Part shown: piece by piece, positions 39,992 to 49,432 of the stretch
Position numbering within the stretch: the stretch's first letter is position 1
Layout of the letters: every line of letters starts with the position of its first letter
Assembly (NCBI GenBank): GCA_016929295.1
Contig: JAFGJB010000153.1
Location: 10,830 to 74,829 of the forward strand
DNA: 64,000 nt
DNA from: Candidatus Zhuqueibacterota bacterium
Lineage (GTDB): Bacteria > Zhuqueibacterota > Zhuqueibacteria > Residuimicrobiales > Krinioviventaceae
Direction of reading: 5' to 3'
The notes under the pieces: model-generated
The model's database searches: none
Told to the model about the DNA's origin: nothing
Seen by the model: only the letters and a program-made list of their open reading frames with translations
Translations under genes and position numbers: made by a program

Positions 39992-41802
39992 ATATACTCG
40001 GCATATCCTGTTTTTATCACGACAGCGCGGCCTGCCTGGTGCAGGACGGCAAAATTTCTGCGGCAGCGCAGGAAGAACGGTTCACGCGCAAAAAACATGA
40101 CTTTGGCTTTCCCTATCATGCCATCCACTTTTGCCTTGATTTCAAAAAGCTCTCCATTGAAGATATTGACATCATTTCCTTTTATGACAAACCGTTCCTG
40201 AAATTTGAACGAATTCTCGAAACCTATCTCGCTTATGCACCGCGCGGCTTGAAATCCTATTTGATGGCCATGCCGCTGTGGATCAAACAAAAGCTCTGGA
40301 TCCCGGATATGATCCGCAATGAGCTCAATTATGACAATCGTATTATTTTTCCCGAACATCACGAGTCGCATGCGGCAGCCGCTTTCTTTCCGTCACCTTT
40401 TCAAAAAGCGGCCTTTTTGACAATGGATGGCGTGGGAGAATGGACGACGACTTCATACGGCATCGGCGTCGATAATCACCTCGACATCCTGGCCGAGCTG
40501 CATTTTCCCCATTCTCTTGGCCTGCTCTATTCCGCATTCACCTATTATACGGGATTCAAGGTCAATTCGGGCGAGTATAAAGTCATGGGACTGGCGCCAT
40601 ATGGCGAGCCCCTCTATGTGCAGACGATTTTAGACCATCTTGTTGATCTCAAGCAGGACGGCTCTTTCAAGCTGAATATGTCCTGTTTCAATTATGCCGC
40701 CGGTCTGACAATGACGAACAAAAAGTTTGACGCCCTGTTCGGCGGCCCGCCGAGAAAACCGGAATCAAAACTGACGCAGAAAGAAATGGATCTCGCGCGC
40801 TCCATTCAAGATGTGACAGAAGAAATAATGCTGCGCGCAGCGCGACATGTTCACCAGGAGACGCAGCAGAAATATCTCTGCCTTGCCGGCGGTGTGGCGC
40901 TCAACTGCGTCGGCAATGGCCGGCTGCTGCGCGAGAGCCCTTTTGCTGATATCTGGATTCAACCAGCTGCGGGAGACGCCGGCGGCGCAATCGGCGCCGC
41001 CCTGTTCGCCTGGTATCAGGTGGAAGGACATCCTCGCAAGACAAACGGTGAAGATGCACAGTCCGCTTCTTTGCTTGGCCCCGAGTTCGATGATGACAGC
41101 ATTCGTCTCTTTCTCGATGAAAATGCCATTCCCTACAAAAAACTCACCGACGCCGAGGTGATTGATGTGACAGCGCAACTGCTGACGGAGGAAAATGTCA
41201 TTGGCTGGTTTCAGGGACGCATGGAATTTGGTCCGCGCGCACTGGGCGGGCGCTCGATCATCGGCGATGCCCGTTCACCGCATATGCAATCGCGCATGAA
41301 TCTGAAAATAAAATATCGCGAAAGTTTTCGCCCGTTTGCACCGACGGTTCTGCAGGAACGCGTCAGCGACTACTTTGACATTGACCGCGAGAGTCCCTAC
41401 ATGCTCCTCGTCGCATCTGTTAAAAAAGAAAAACGCCGTCATATGTCGGAGCAGGAACAGCTGCTGTGGGGCATTGACAAACTCAATGTCGTTCGCTCCG
41501 AGGTGCCGGCCATCACCCACGTGGATTACTCGGCTCGCATTCAGACCGTGTCAGAACGGAATAACGGCCGCTATTACCAGCTTTTGAAAAAATTTGCCGC
41601 AAAGACCGGCTGTCCGCTCATCATCAATACGTCCTTCAATGTTCGCGGCGAACCCATCGTTTGCACACCTCAGGATGCTTATAACTGTTTCATGCGCACA
41701 GAAATGGATTTTCTGGTGATGGGCAACTATATTCTTGACAAAAAGAACCAGCCTCATTTTGCCGACAAAAGCAACTGGAAGGTGCAGTATGAGCTTGATT
41801 AG
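39988..41802 (+). CDS. Carbamoyltransferase (NodU/CmcH/HypF-like family)
   Basis: MNILGISCFYHDSAACLVQDGKI..AAQEERFTRKKHD..EHHESHAAAAF..: YrdC/Kae1-like N-domain plus carbamoyltransferase C-domain, 604 aa. Confidence 0.9.
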   Translation: MNILGISCFYHDSAACLVQDGKISAAAQEERFTRKKHDFGFPYHAIHFCLDFKKLSIEDIDIISFYDKPFLKFERILETYLAYAPRGLKSYLMAMPLWIKQKLWIPDMIRNELNYDNRIIFPEHHESHAAAAFFPSPFQKAAFLTMDGVGEWTTTSYGIGVDNHLDILAELHFPHSLGLLYSAFTYYTGFKVNSGEYKVMGLAPYGEPLYVQTILDHLVDLKQDGSFKLNMSCFNYAAGLTMTNKKFDALFGGPPRKPESKLTQKEMDLARSIQDVTEEIMLRAARHVHQETQQKYLCLAGGVALNCVGNGRLLRESPFADIWIQPAAGDAGGAIGAALFAWYQVEGHPRKTNGEDAQSASLLGPEFDDDSIRLFLDENAIPYKKLTDAEVIDVTAQLLTEENVIGWFQGRMEFGPRALGGRSIIGDARSPHMQSRMNLKIKYRESFRPFAPTVLQERVSDYFDIDRESPYMLLVASVKKEKRRHMSEQEQLLWGIDKLNVVRSEVPAITHVDYSARIQTVSERNNGRYYQLLKKFAAKTGCPLIINTSFNVRGEPIVCTPQDAYNCFMRTEMDFLVMGNYILDKKNQPHFADKSNWKVQYELD

Positions 41803-42226
41803 CGACGTTCGTATCGGCCTGGCTCGACTGGATCAATCTCCCCGGAATATGAAAAAGTTTGGCATCACCATGGCTGTGATATTTGGACTGTTGGCCACGC
41901 TGATATTTATTCTCGGCAGCCGGCCGCAGCGCGCCTGGTGGCTGTGGAGTATCGGCGCTCTCTTCCTTGTCCTGGTATTTTTTCTCCCTTTTCTTCTCAA
42001 ACCCATTCATCGTCTCTGGATGGGACTCTCACTCGTCCTCGGCTATTTCATGTCCCGACTCTTGCTCACTCTTCTCTTTTTCCTCGTCATCACTCCTATC
42101 GGCCTGGCAATGCGTCTATTCGGCAAAGATATTCTCAATGAAAAAATAGAGCCTGGCAAAGACAGCTATTGGATTAAAAGACCCGTAAAAAAGATACTGC
42201 CAGATCGCTATGAAAAATTATTCTAA
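41789..42226 (+). CDS. Small polytopic membrane protein (possible SxtJ-like partner of the carbamoyltransferase)
   Basis: Start ATG 41789 overlaps the carbamoyltransferase stop (41800-41802). About 145 aa with 3-4 TM helices. The SxtJ-like label is inferred from gene context only. Confidence 0.45.
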   Translation: MSLISDVRIGLARLDQSPRNMKKFGITMAVIFGLLATLIFILGSRPQRAWWLWSIGALFLVLVFFLPFLLKPIHRLWMGLSLVLGYFMSRLLLTLLFFLVITPIGLAMRLFGKDILNEKIEPGKDSYWIKRPVKKILPDRYEKLF

Positions 42227-42227
42227 A

Positions 42228-42787
42228 TTTAAAAATCACCAATAAGCATGTCGGTTTACTGATTAATTTCAATGTGTTGCAATTGAAAGACGGAGTGAAA
42301 AGGCTTGTAAACAAGTACGATGATAGTGAATGAGCATACATATTTTCATGCCTCGGCGACACTCGGCGTTCCCGGCGGTTGGGTACGCATTGTGGGAATT
42401 AACCAAATTTCACTTTACTTATCCACAGACAAATCTGGAAAAGTGGTCAAAAGCAGTGTAAAAGCTGTCGATTATGTGTTGATGAATTCGAATTTATCCA
42501 CCTTGATTCGGATTATTTTCAACAAGTGGTGATAAGAGCTTTATTATTCACCTTTATTCCACATTTCATTGTTGATATTCTGAAAAAGAATCAGCGTTGT
42601 TTTTTATAAAGTTATAATTAGTTTTTTAACATTATTACTTCTTTTCAACATATCCACAGCGTCTATTACTATAAATTATTTAAATAAATATTAATATATA
42701 TAATAATTATCTGGAACAGATTAAATTTCTTGTCGTATCCCTCATTATTATAAATATCTTTCATAACAGTTAAATTTGGAGGCTCAA
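42228..42787 (+). promoter_or_regulatory. 560-bp AT-rich intergenic region with DnaA-box-like motifs and promoter elements upstream of tldD
   Basis: Perfect TTATCCACA at 42419-42427; one-mismatch boxes TTATCCACC (42494-42502), ATATCCACA (42649-42657), TTATTCACC (42544-42552). About 100 bp nearly pure A/T at 42661-42760. TAAATTTG (42763-42770) resembles an FCB-type -7 element, followed by GGAGG and ATG 42788. Confidence 0.4.
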
Positions 42788-44320
42788 ATGGCAAACGTGA
42801 GCAGAAGGACTTTTCTTAACACGTCCATTGCCGTCGGAGGTGCTGCAGCATTCATGCGAATTATTCCGGGTGCGTGGGTACAATCTGCTAAAGCAGCAGC
42901 TGCGGGATTTTTCGAATCCGAGTTTGGCATGGATGATGAGCTGTGTAAAAAGGCACTCGAAAAGGCGCTGAGCAGAGGCGGCGATTTTGCTGACATCTAC
43001 TTTGAGCACACTGTATCGAATTGGGTGAGTCTGGAGGACGGCAAGGTTGATCGCGCCTACGGCAGTATTGATCTGGGTGTGGGGATCAGAACCGTTAAAG
43101 GAGATCAGACAGGTTATGGCTTCACTCAGGAGCTGACCGAAGAATCGATCCTTGCTGCCGCAGCGACGGCGGCAACGATTGCCGATGGTGCAGCAACTGG
43201 CACGGCCAAAAGCTTTGTCCGCGTGGAAACTGAGAATCACTATCCCCTGGAAAAACTCCTCACCGATATATCGCTTTCTGCCAAACTCCCGTTGGTGAAA
43301 AGCGTGAACGAAAAATGTTTTTCACTGTCCGACCTGATTATAAAGGTCAATGCGACCATGCACGATCAACAAAAAAGGATCATGATAGTGACAAGTGATG
43401 GCGCCAAAGCAGAAGATCTCATTCCGCGCAACTATTTGTCCGCTTCCATTGTGGCTGAAAAAGACGGTCGCCAGGAACGCGCCGGTTGGAATTTTGGTGG
43501 CAGACAGGAATTTTCCTATTTCACCCCGACCGTTGTCGATCGCTTGGCTGATGAGGTTGTGCGCCGCGCAGTCGTACTGTTTGAGGCTGAACAGCCGCCC
43601 GCCGGTGAAATGTCCGTTGTGCTTGGGCCTGGCGTGACTGGTATCCTGCTGCACGAGGCGATTGGCCATGGCATGGAAGCCGATTTCAACCGCAAAGGCA
43701 TCTCGACCTATGCGACAATGATCAGCAAAAAGGTGGCCGAACCTTTTGTCAATATCGTCGATGAAGGCATCACGCCCCGTCAGCTCGGTTCGATAAATGT
43801 TGATGACGAGGGCGTGCCCGGGCAAAGGACGATGTTGGTGGAAAACGGCATCTTGACTAGCTACCTGCACGACCGAATCTCGGCGAAACATTATGGCGTC
43901 AAGCCGACCGGCAACGGCAGGCGGCAAAGTTATCAGCACTATCCCATTCCGCGCATGCGCAATACCTATATGCTAGCCGGCGAGAGCACACCGCAAGATG
44001 TCATAGCATCTGTCAAAAAGGGCATCTACGTCGAAGACATCAGCAACGGCCAGGTGAAAATCGGCGAAGGAGATTTTGCCTTTTATGTGTCGCAGGGCAA
44101 GATGATTGAAAATGGTGAAATCACCAGGCCTGTCAAAGACATCAACATAATGGGTAATGGTCCCAAGATGCTGCAGAATGTGACCATGGTAGCGAATGAT
44201 CTCAAGCTGTACGAAGGCGGCACCGGCATGTGCGGAAAAGACGGACAATCGATGCCGGTTTCATTTGGTCTACCCACCTGTTTGGTGAAATCCATGACTG
44301 TTGGCGGCGTGCAAAAATAG
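42788..44320 (+). CDS. tldD: TldD-family zinc metalloprotease with twin-arginine (Tat) signal peptide
   Basis: Start at the second ATG, after GGAGG. MANVSRRTFLNTSIAVGGAAAFM is a Tat motif (S-R-R-x-F-L). HEAIGHGMEADF HExxxH metal site. TldD/PmbA fold signature (..GEGDFAFYVSQG..). Confidence 0.85.
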   Translation: MANVSRRTFLNTSIAVGGAAAFMRIIPGAWVQSAKAAAAGFFESEFGMDDELCKKALEKALSRGGDFADIYFEHTVSNWVSLEDGKVDRAYGSIDLGVGIRTVKGDQTGYGFTQELTEESILAAAATAATIADGAATGTAKSFVRVETENHYPLEKLLTDISLSAKLPLVKSVNEKCFSLSDLIIKVNATMHDQQKRIMIVTSDGAKAEDLIPRNYLSASIVAEKDGRQERAGWNFGGRQEFSYFTPTVVDRLADEVVRRAVVLFEAEQPPAGEMSVVLGPGVTGILLHEAIGHGMEADFNRKGISTYATMISKKVAEPFVNIVDEGITPRQLGSINVDDEGVPGQRTMLVENGILTSYLHDRISAKHYGVKPTGNGRRQSYQHYPIPRMRNTYMLAGESTPQDVIASVKKGIYVEDISNGQVKIGEGDFAFYVSQGKMIENGEITRPVKDINIMGNGPKMLQNVTMVANDLKLYEGGTGMCGKDGQSMPVSFGLPTCLVKSMTVGGVQK

Positions 44321-44331
44321 GGAGCATAATT

Positions 44332-45654
44332 ATGAGTACCGAGATGAATAATTTATGTGAGTTTGTTTTGGAGACGGCTAAAAAAGCCGGCGCCGATGAC
44401 TGCCGAGTTGCATTTTCCAAAAATCGTTTTGTCGAAGTGCAATATCGCGAGCGCAAGCCGGAGACCGTGAAAGAGGCCACGACACTAGGCGTCAATGTCG
44501 ATATTTATGTGAACGGTCGATACTCGTCGCAGAGCACGGCAGATGTGCGGAAAGAGGCATTGCGGACTTTTGTCGTCAATGCCATAGAGGCGACAAAGTT
44601 GTTGGAAGAAGATCCCTACCGCAGTCTTCCAGATCCCAGCTATTACCAAGGTCGCGCTGATATCGATCTGCAATTGTGCGATTCCGGCTATGAAACAATT
44701 ACACCCGAGCTGAGGCACAGCATGGCCAAAAAGCTTGAGGGCGCCTGTCGTGAAGCTGGCGGCGATGTGGTCATTTCTGTCACGTCGCAAGTTTACGATG
44801 AATTTCAGCAAGAAAAAATACTGACGAGCAATGGTTTTGCCGGTGAAACGCAAGCGACGGTCTGTTTCGCATACGCCGAGATGACGGCGCAAGATGAAGG
44901 TGATCGCCGTCCACAGGGCTATCACTATGTCGTGGATCGATCGTTGAGTAAATTTCCCGACTGTCAGCAAATCGGCAAAGAGGCCGCTGCCAGGACTATG
45001 GAATTGATGGGTGGAAAGAAAATACCGACAGAGACGTTGCCCATCATCATCGAGAATCGCGTTGCGGGTAATGTCGTTGATGGATTTGTCTCGGCGATGA
45101 GCGGCTGGGCGCTGCAGCAAAAACGCTCTTTTCTCATCGATAAAAAAGGGGAACGTGTTGGCAGCGATGTATTCACGCTCGTAGATGATCCTCACATTAT
45201 CGCAGGACTCGGCAGTCGCTTGTACGATGGCGATGGTTTTGCCACGCGCAAGCGCACCATGATTGAAAACGGCATTTTGAATGAATATTACATCGACTGG
45301 TACCGCAGCCGCAAGCTCGGGGTGAATCCAACGACCGGCGGAACATTCAACTTGATTCTGCCGCCGGGCAGCCGCACGGTTCAGGAGATCATGAAAGATC
45401 TGGGACGAGGAATTCTGATCAACGGTTTCATCGGCGGCAACTCCAACTCCAATACCGGCGATTTCTCCATCGGCATCACCGGCACCCTGTTCGAAAACGG
45501 CGAGCGGACCCAGGCGGTGGCCGAGATGAATATCGCCGATAATCACCTCAAATTCTGGCAAAAGCTGGCCGAGACGGCGAATGATCCGTGGACCTATAGC
45601 AGCTGGAGGATGCCGAGTTTGGTGTTTGGGGATGTGGTGGTGTCGGGAGTGTGA
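44332..45654 (+). CDS. pmbA: PmbA/TldE-family protein (partner of TldD)
   Basis: Start at MSTEMNNLCEFVLETAKKAGADD, 11 bp after the tldD stop. TldD/PmbA family C-terminal pattern ..GDFSIGITGTLFENGE..; lacks HExxxH, as PmbA/TldE does. Confidence 0.8.
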   Translation: MSTEMNNLCEFVLETAKKAGADDCRVAFSKNRFVEVQYRERKPETVKEATTLGVNVDIYVNGRYSSQSTADVRKEALRTFVVNAIEATKLLEEDPYRSLPDPSYYQGRADIDLQLCDSGYETITPELRHSMAKKLEGACREAGGDVVISVTSQVYDEFQQEKILTSNGFAGETQATVCFAYAEMTAQDEGDRRPQGYHYVVDRSLSKFPDCQQIGKEAAARTMELMGGKKIPTETLPIIIENRVAGNVVDGFVSAMSGWALQQKRSFLIDKKGERVGSDVFTLVDDPHIIAGLGSRLYDGDGFATRKRTMIENGILNEYYIDWYRSRKLGVNPTTGGTFNLILPPGSRTVQEIMKDLGRGILINGFIGGNSNSNTGDFSIGITGTLFENGERTQAVAEMNIADNHLKFWQKLAETANDPWTYSSWRMPSLVFGDVVVSGV

Positions 45655-45695
45655 GAAAGATTTACGTTCACATTGACATTATTTGATAGTCTGGA

Positions 45696-45780
45696 AAAAC
45701 CAGACCGAGAATTTTCACGAATGAAGGACTTTAGATTTATGTAACAGCGTCACTATGCGCGTTGTTCTCGGTCTGGTTTT
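45696..45780. repeat. 16-bp perfect inverted repeat with 53-nt spacer at the left edge of the low-GC island
   Basis: AAAACCAGACCGAGAA (45696-45711) and TTCTCGGTCTGGTTTT (45765-45780) are exact reverse complements. The right arm is followed by GTCAAGTTTTATATTT. Lies 41 bp after the pmbA stop. Confidence 0.5.
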
Positions 45781-46221
45781 GTCAAGTTTTATATTTGCAT
45801 TTTCTGCAAAACCGCACGTTGACTATTATCCCTAAAAAAAGCAGAGTTGGCAAAGATTTAATATGTTCTATAAACAATCTATAATAGGCTATTAATAGTC
45901 CCTCAGAAACTTGGCCGCTTTCGAAATATTCTGCTTTTAAAGGTTGTTCTCCATATAAAATAATGCCGGGGAAATTAAATCGAACCAAAAATCTACTATG
46001 TGACAATACTTGATATGCCGTCCCGGGAATAGTTAACGATCTTTATATTTTGCACCGACTGTTCTGTAGAATAAGTTTCGCTTCTCATAACTGATATTTT
46101 TCAGGAAATGCATGTAAGCGCCCCCAAGCCATACTGTGAAGGAAAAGACGAAATTGATTGGCTTGAAAAATGGGGCACGAGGTGCGATCCGAAAACAGAT
46201 GCTACTCTATTGGAGAGAGAA

Positions 46222-49200
46222 ATGAAAAAATTATTCTGTATAATTTTGTGCATCCTTGCTGTATCTACGCTTTTCGCGCAAAACAAGATTGATCCTACCC
46301 TCAAAAAAACCATCGAAAACAATACACTGCGGAAAGTCGATGCCGCAGATGTTGAAGTGCTCATAAAAATAACGAATAGCGACCTGTCCGCGTTGGAAAA
46401 AAGTGGCGCCAAAATAAAATACGTCATAGATGATGAATACGTCCGCGCTGCCGTACCCATTTTTAAAATTACTGAATTAGCAAATAATAAAGCCGTTTGC
46501 TACATAACCGGTTCTCGGCAAATGCAGCCACATAACGACATTGCCGCTTGTGTTTGCGGTGGTATCGTGGCAGCACAAGCCGGTTACACCGGAGAAGATG
46601 TTCTCATTGGGATTGTTGACACAGGACTTGATTTCAAGCATCCTGGATTCCTCAATGCAGATGGCAGTACCAGAGTTTTATACTTCTGGGACCAGACCGA
46701 TTTAGGATCAGACCAGCCAACGAACCAATTTTCCTATGGTTCAGAATGGACGAGCGCCGATATTGACGGCGGAGCCTGCACGTCAAAGGACACCGAAGGT
46801 CATGGCACGCACGTTGCCGGTTGTGCGGCGCAGCATTTTTATCATGACGCAGATGAGCAATATAACAGCGGCACGCTTTCGAACTTGCTCATTGTCAAGA
46901 CTGATTTTAATGGCCTGCACATTTTGGACGGTATTGTTCGAATTTTTCAAAAGGCGGAACAACTTGGCAAACCGGCTATTGTGAATCTAAGCTTAGGAAG
47001 TCGATGGGGTCCCCATGATGGTACTGATCCATTAACGGCTGCAACGGACCTGCTTACAGGACCCGGAAAAATTATTGTGCGATCGGCCGGAAATGATGGT
47101 GCTCGCAAATTTCATAACTATGCCATAGCTGATGCCGATGGCAATAGTATGGTGTTTAAGCTGTCGACAACTGTTGAAAATCTCGTAATTGGATGCTGGT
47201 ATGATGGGTCATCGAAAGTCGAAGCTGAAATTTTCTTGCCAGGTAACTTGAGTACGGGAAAAATTGCTACAGGTAAAGAGGCTACATTTAATATTGGCAA
47301 TACCAGCCGCCTGGAAATCTTAAACGCGCCATATGGCGTTGAGAACTATAATGGCGATAATAATTTAATGATTTCCTTTGTTGGCAAAATTCCAGCGGGC
47401 GAATATAGAATAGTTCTTTTCTCCAATGACAGGCCAGCAGTGTATGCTTGGTTGTATGACTGCTCGGTCGATACAAGTTTTGCCTTTGAAAATTCAAGCG
47501 ACCATTTTAGTCTGGCCAACGAAGCCTGTGGACGGAATGTCATTGTCATTGGTGCTGCAGTCACACGCAAAGAATTTTATGCTGTGGACGAACATGGCAA
47601 AGCGGCAACATGGGTAACACACGAAGAGGAAGAAACAGTAGCGTCGTTCAGCTCTGCTGGGCCAACGCGTGATGGCCGCCACAAGCCGGATGTGGTTATG
47701 CCAGGATCTTATATTACCACTGCCTTTTCCACTGATGCTATTTCGTCAGGCCCAGTAGGATCCTTGAGCATGATGCGCGAAGGTCCCATATATATCAATC
47801 CTTCTACAGTGAATACATTTGCCTATGTCCAGGGCACCAGCAGTTCCAGTCCGATATTTGTCAGTACGGCTGCGAAAACTTTTGCCTTTTTTAAAAAGAA
47901 ATTTGGACATTTCCCGGGTCCGACAGATATAATTGATCAAATCATAAAATATGCTGCAAAACCTGTATTCCAGTTGAAGGACGATTGTCAAAAACCAGTC
48001 GCAGGGCTCTCGCCCGTCTGGGATGAAAAAGCCGGATGGGGATATCTGGATTTACGCGCGCTTTTAAAAGAAGATATCCTCATTGTCACATGCGAGCAAA
48101 CTCAAGCAGATCAACTTGAGGTTCAATTTAGTAATCAGCAGGGCGTCGTCGAGAATCTCAATTCATATGTTATCACCGGCGCTTCGGAATCTCGTGTAGT
48201 GGAACTGCTACGACAGGGAGAAAGAGTCACGCTCACCTTGAATACGCCTTTAACTCCCGGCTTTAGAGATACTTTGAAAATCGACGCGGGCTTGGATCAA
48301 CGCCTCATTCCCATAAAAAAAATCGGCACCATTGTCGAATTGACCGATTTAACGACGAGAATGACATGGGATGCTGCACACTCTCCCTATTATGTGCATG
48401 GACAAATTGTCGTATACGAAAATGCATCGCTGACACTTTTAGCGGGCACGCAAATAGAGTTTATGCCCAATCCAAATGATGGATCTTCCGGGATAGTCGT
48501 TTTAGGTGAGCTGAAGGCATGTGGAGAAGAAAACTCGCCTGTTACAATACTGCCAGCAGCCCAAGCGGACTATTGGGATGGTATTTACATTGATCGAAAA
48601 GGGATGGCAAATCTAACCTGTAGTGAAATTGGCTACGCAATAGATGCAATAATGTGTTGGGGAGGAGATCTGGAAATCCACCACTCGATGATTGCGCATG
48701 CAAAAGGATTCGGTGTTTTCCTTGATAGTTGTGCTGCTAAAATCGATCACCTTCTATTGTGGGATACAAACGGCACTTCTGATAGCGGTAGCCTATGGAT
48801 TCAAAATACAATTGCTGACAACAATTTGTCTCACTTGACGCTTTATCAAAATATGCCGAATGGTATAGTTTCTCTAGGGCAACATCCGATAATTATTGAC
48901 TCTAGTATCATTGTTGAGAGCTCCATCTATGCGGAACCATATTATGGCAGCAAAATAATCATTAATGAATCGGATATATATAATTGCCAAATTTTTGGAA
49001 CTGTAAATGAGAGCGAATGCATTAGTGCTGATCCACGCTTTGAAAATCCGGATTCAGGTGATTTTAGACTGCGAGCTGATTCTCCGTGTCCAACATGGGG
49101 TGCCATAATTGACGACATAAATGATAAAAATATACAAGCTTCACCGTCTGCTTTTCGCATACATCAGAACTATCCTAATCCATTCAATGGCCACACCATC

Positions 49201-49425
49201 ATAAATTTTGATATGCCAAGGAAGGTTCATATCAATTTGGCCATATATAATATTCGAGGTGAACTTGTCAAGACATTGGCAGATAAAGAGTACAATACCG
49301 GCTATTACACACTTTCGTGGAATGGTATTGGCGACTCTGGGCAAATAATGTCTAGCGGAATATATTTTTGCCGTCTATCTGGAGACAGTTTTTCGCACAG
49401 TATTCGAATGCTGTACTTAAAATAG
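46222..49425 (+). CDS. S8 (subtilisin-like) serine peptidase with beta-helix region and T9SS C-terminal sorting domain
   Basis: Start at MKKLFCIILCILAVSTLFAQ (signal peptide; RBS GGAGAGAGAA). Catalytic triad contexts IGIVDTGLD, HGTHVAGCAA, GTSSSSPIFV. Right-handed beta-helix-like repeats in the middle. C-terminal ..NYPNPFNGHTIINF..GIYFCRL..MLYLK is a T9SS CTD. Confidence 0.9.
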   Translation: MKKLFCIILCILAVSTLFAQNKIDPTLKKTIENNTLRKVDAADVEVLIKITNSDLSALEKSGAKIKYVIDDEYVRAAVPIFKITELANNKAVCYITGSRQMQPHNDIAACVCGGIVAAQAGYTGEDVLIGIVDTGLDFKHPGFLNADGSTRVLYFWDQTDLGSDQPTNQFSYGSEWTSADIDGGACTSKDTEGHGTHVAGCAAQHFYHDADEQYNSGTLSNLLIVKTDFNGLHILDGIVRIFQKAEQLGKPAIVNLSLGSRWGPHDGTDPLTAATDLLTGPGKIIVRSAGNDGARKFHNYAIADADGNSMVFKLSTTVENLVIGCWYDGSSKVEAEIFLPGNLSTGKIATGKEATFNIGNTSRLEILNAPYGVENYNGDNNLMISFVGKIPAGEYRIVLFSNDRPAVYAWLYDCSVDTSFAFENSSDHFSLANEACGRNVIVIGAAVTRKEFYAVDEHGKAATWVTHEEEETVASFSSAGPTRDGRHKPDVVMPGSYITTAFSTDAISSGPVGSLSMMREGPIYINPSTVNTFAYVQGTSSSSPIFVSTAAKTFAFFKKKFGHFPGPTDIIDQIIKYAAKPVFQLKDDCQKPVAGLSPVWDEKAGWGYLDLRALLKEDILIVTCEQTQADQLEVQFSNQQGVVENLNSYVITGASESRVVELLRQGERVTLTLNTPLTPGFRDTLKIDAGLDQRLIPIKKIGTIVELTDLTTRMTWDAAHSPYYVHGQIVVYENASLTLLAGTQIEFMPNPNDGSSGIVVLGELKACGEENSPVTILPAAQADYWDGIYIDRKGMANLTCSEIGYAIDAIMCWGGDLEIHHSMIAHAKGFGVFLDSCAAKIDHLLLWDTNGTSDSGSLWIQNTIADNNLSHLTLYQNMPNGIVSLGQHPIIIDSSIIVESSIYAEPYYGSKIIINESDIYNCQIFGTVNESECISADPRFENPDSGDFRLRADSPCPTWGAIIDDINDKNIQASPSAFRIHQNYPNPFNGHTIINFDMPRKVHINLAIYNIRGELVKTLADKEYNTGYYTLSWNGIGDSGQIMSSGIYFCRLSGDSFSHSIRMLYLK

Positions 49426-49432
49426 TAGCCTC

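Noticed and set aside
44485-45561. 358-aa minus-strand ORF
   Set aside because: Antisense to pmbA, which is the translationally coupled partner of tldD. No recognisable domain.
45782-46006. 74-aa minus-strand ORF in the pmbA-S8 intergenic region
   Set aside because: AT-rich intergenic DNA, no RBS, no similarity. More plausibly promoter/leader sequence of the S8 gene.
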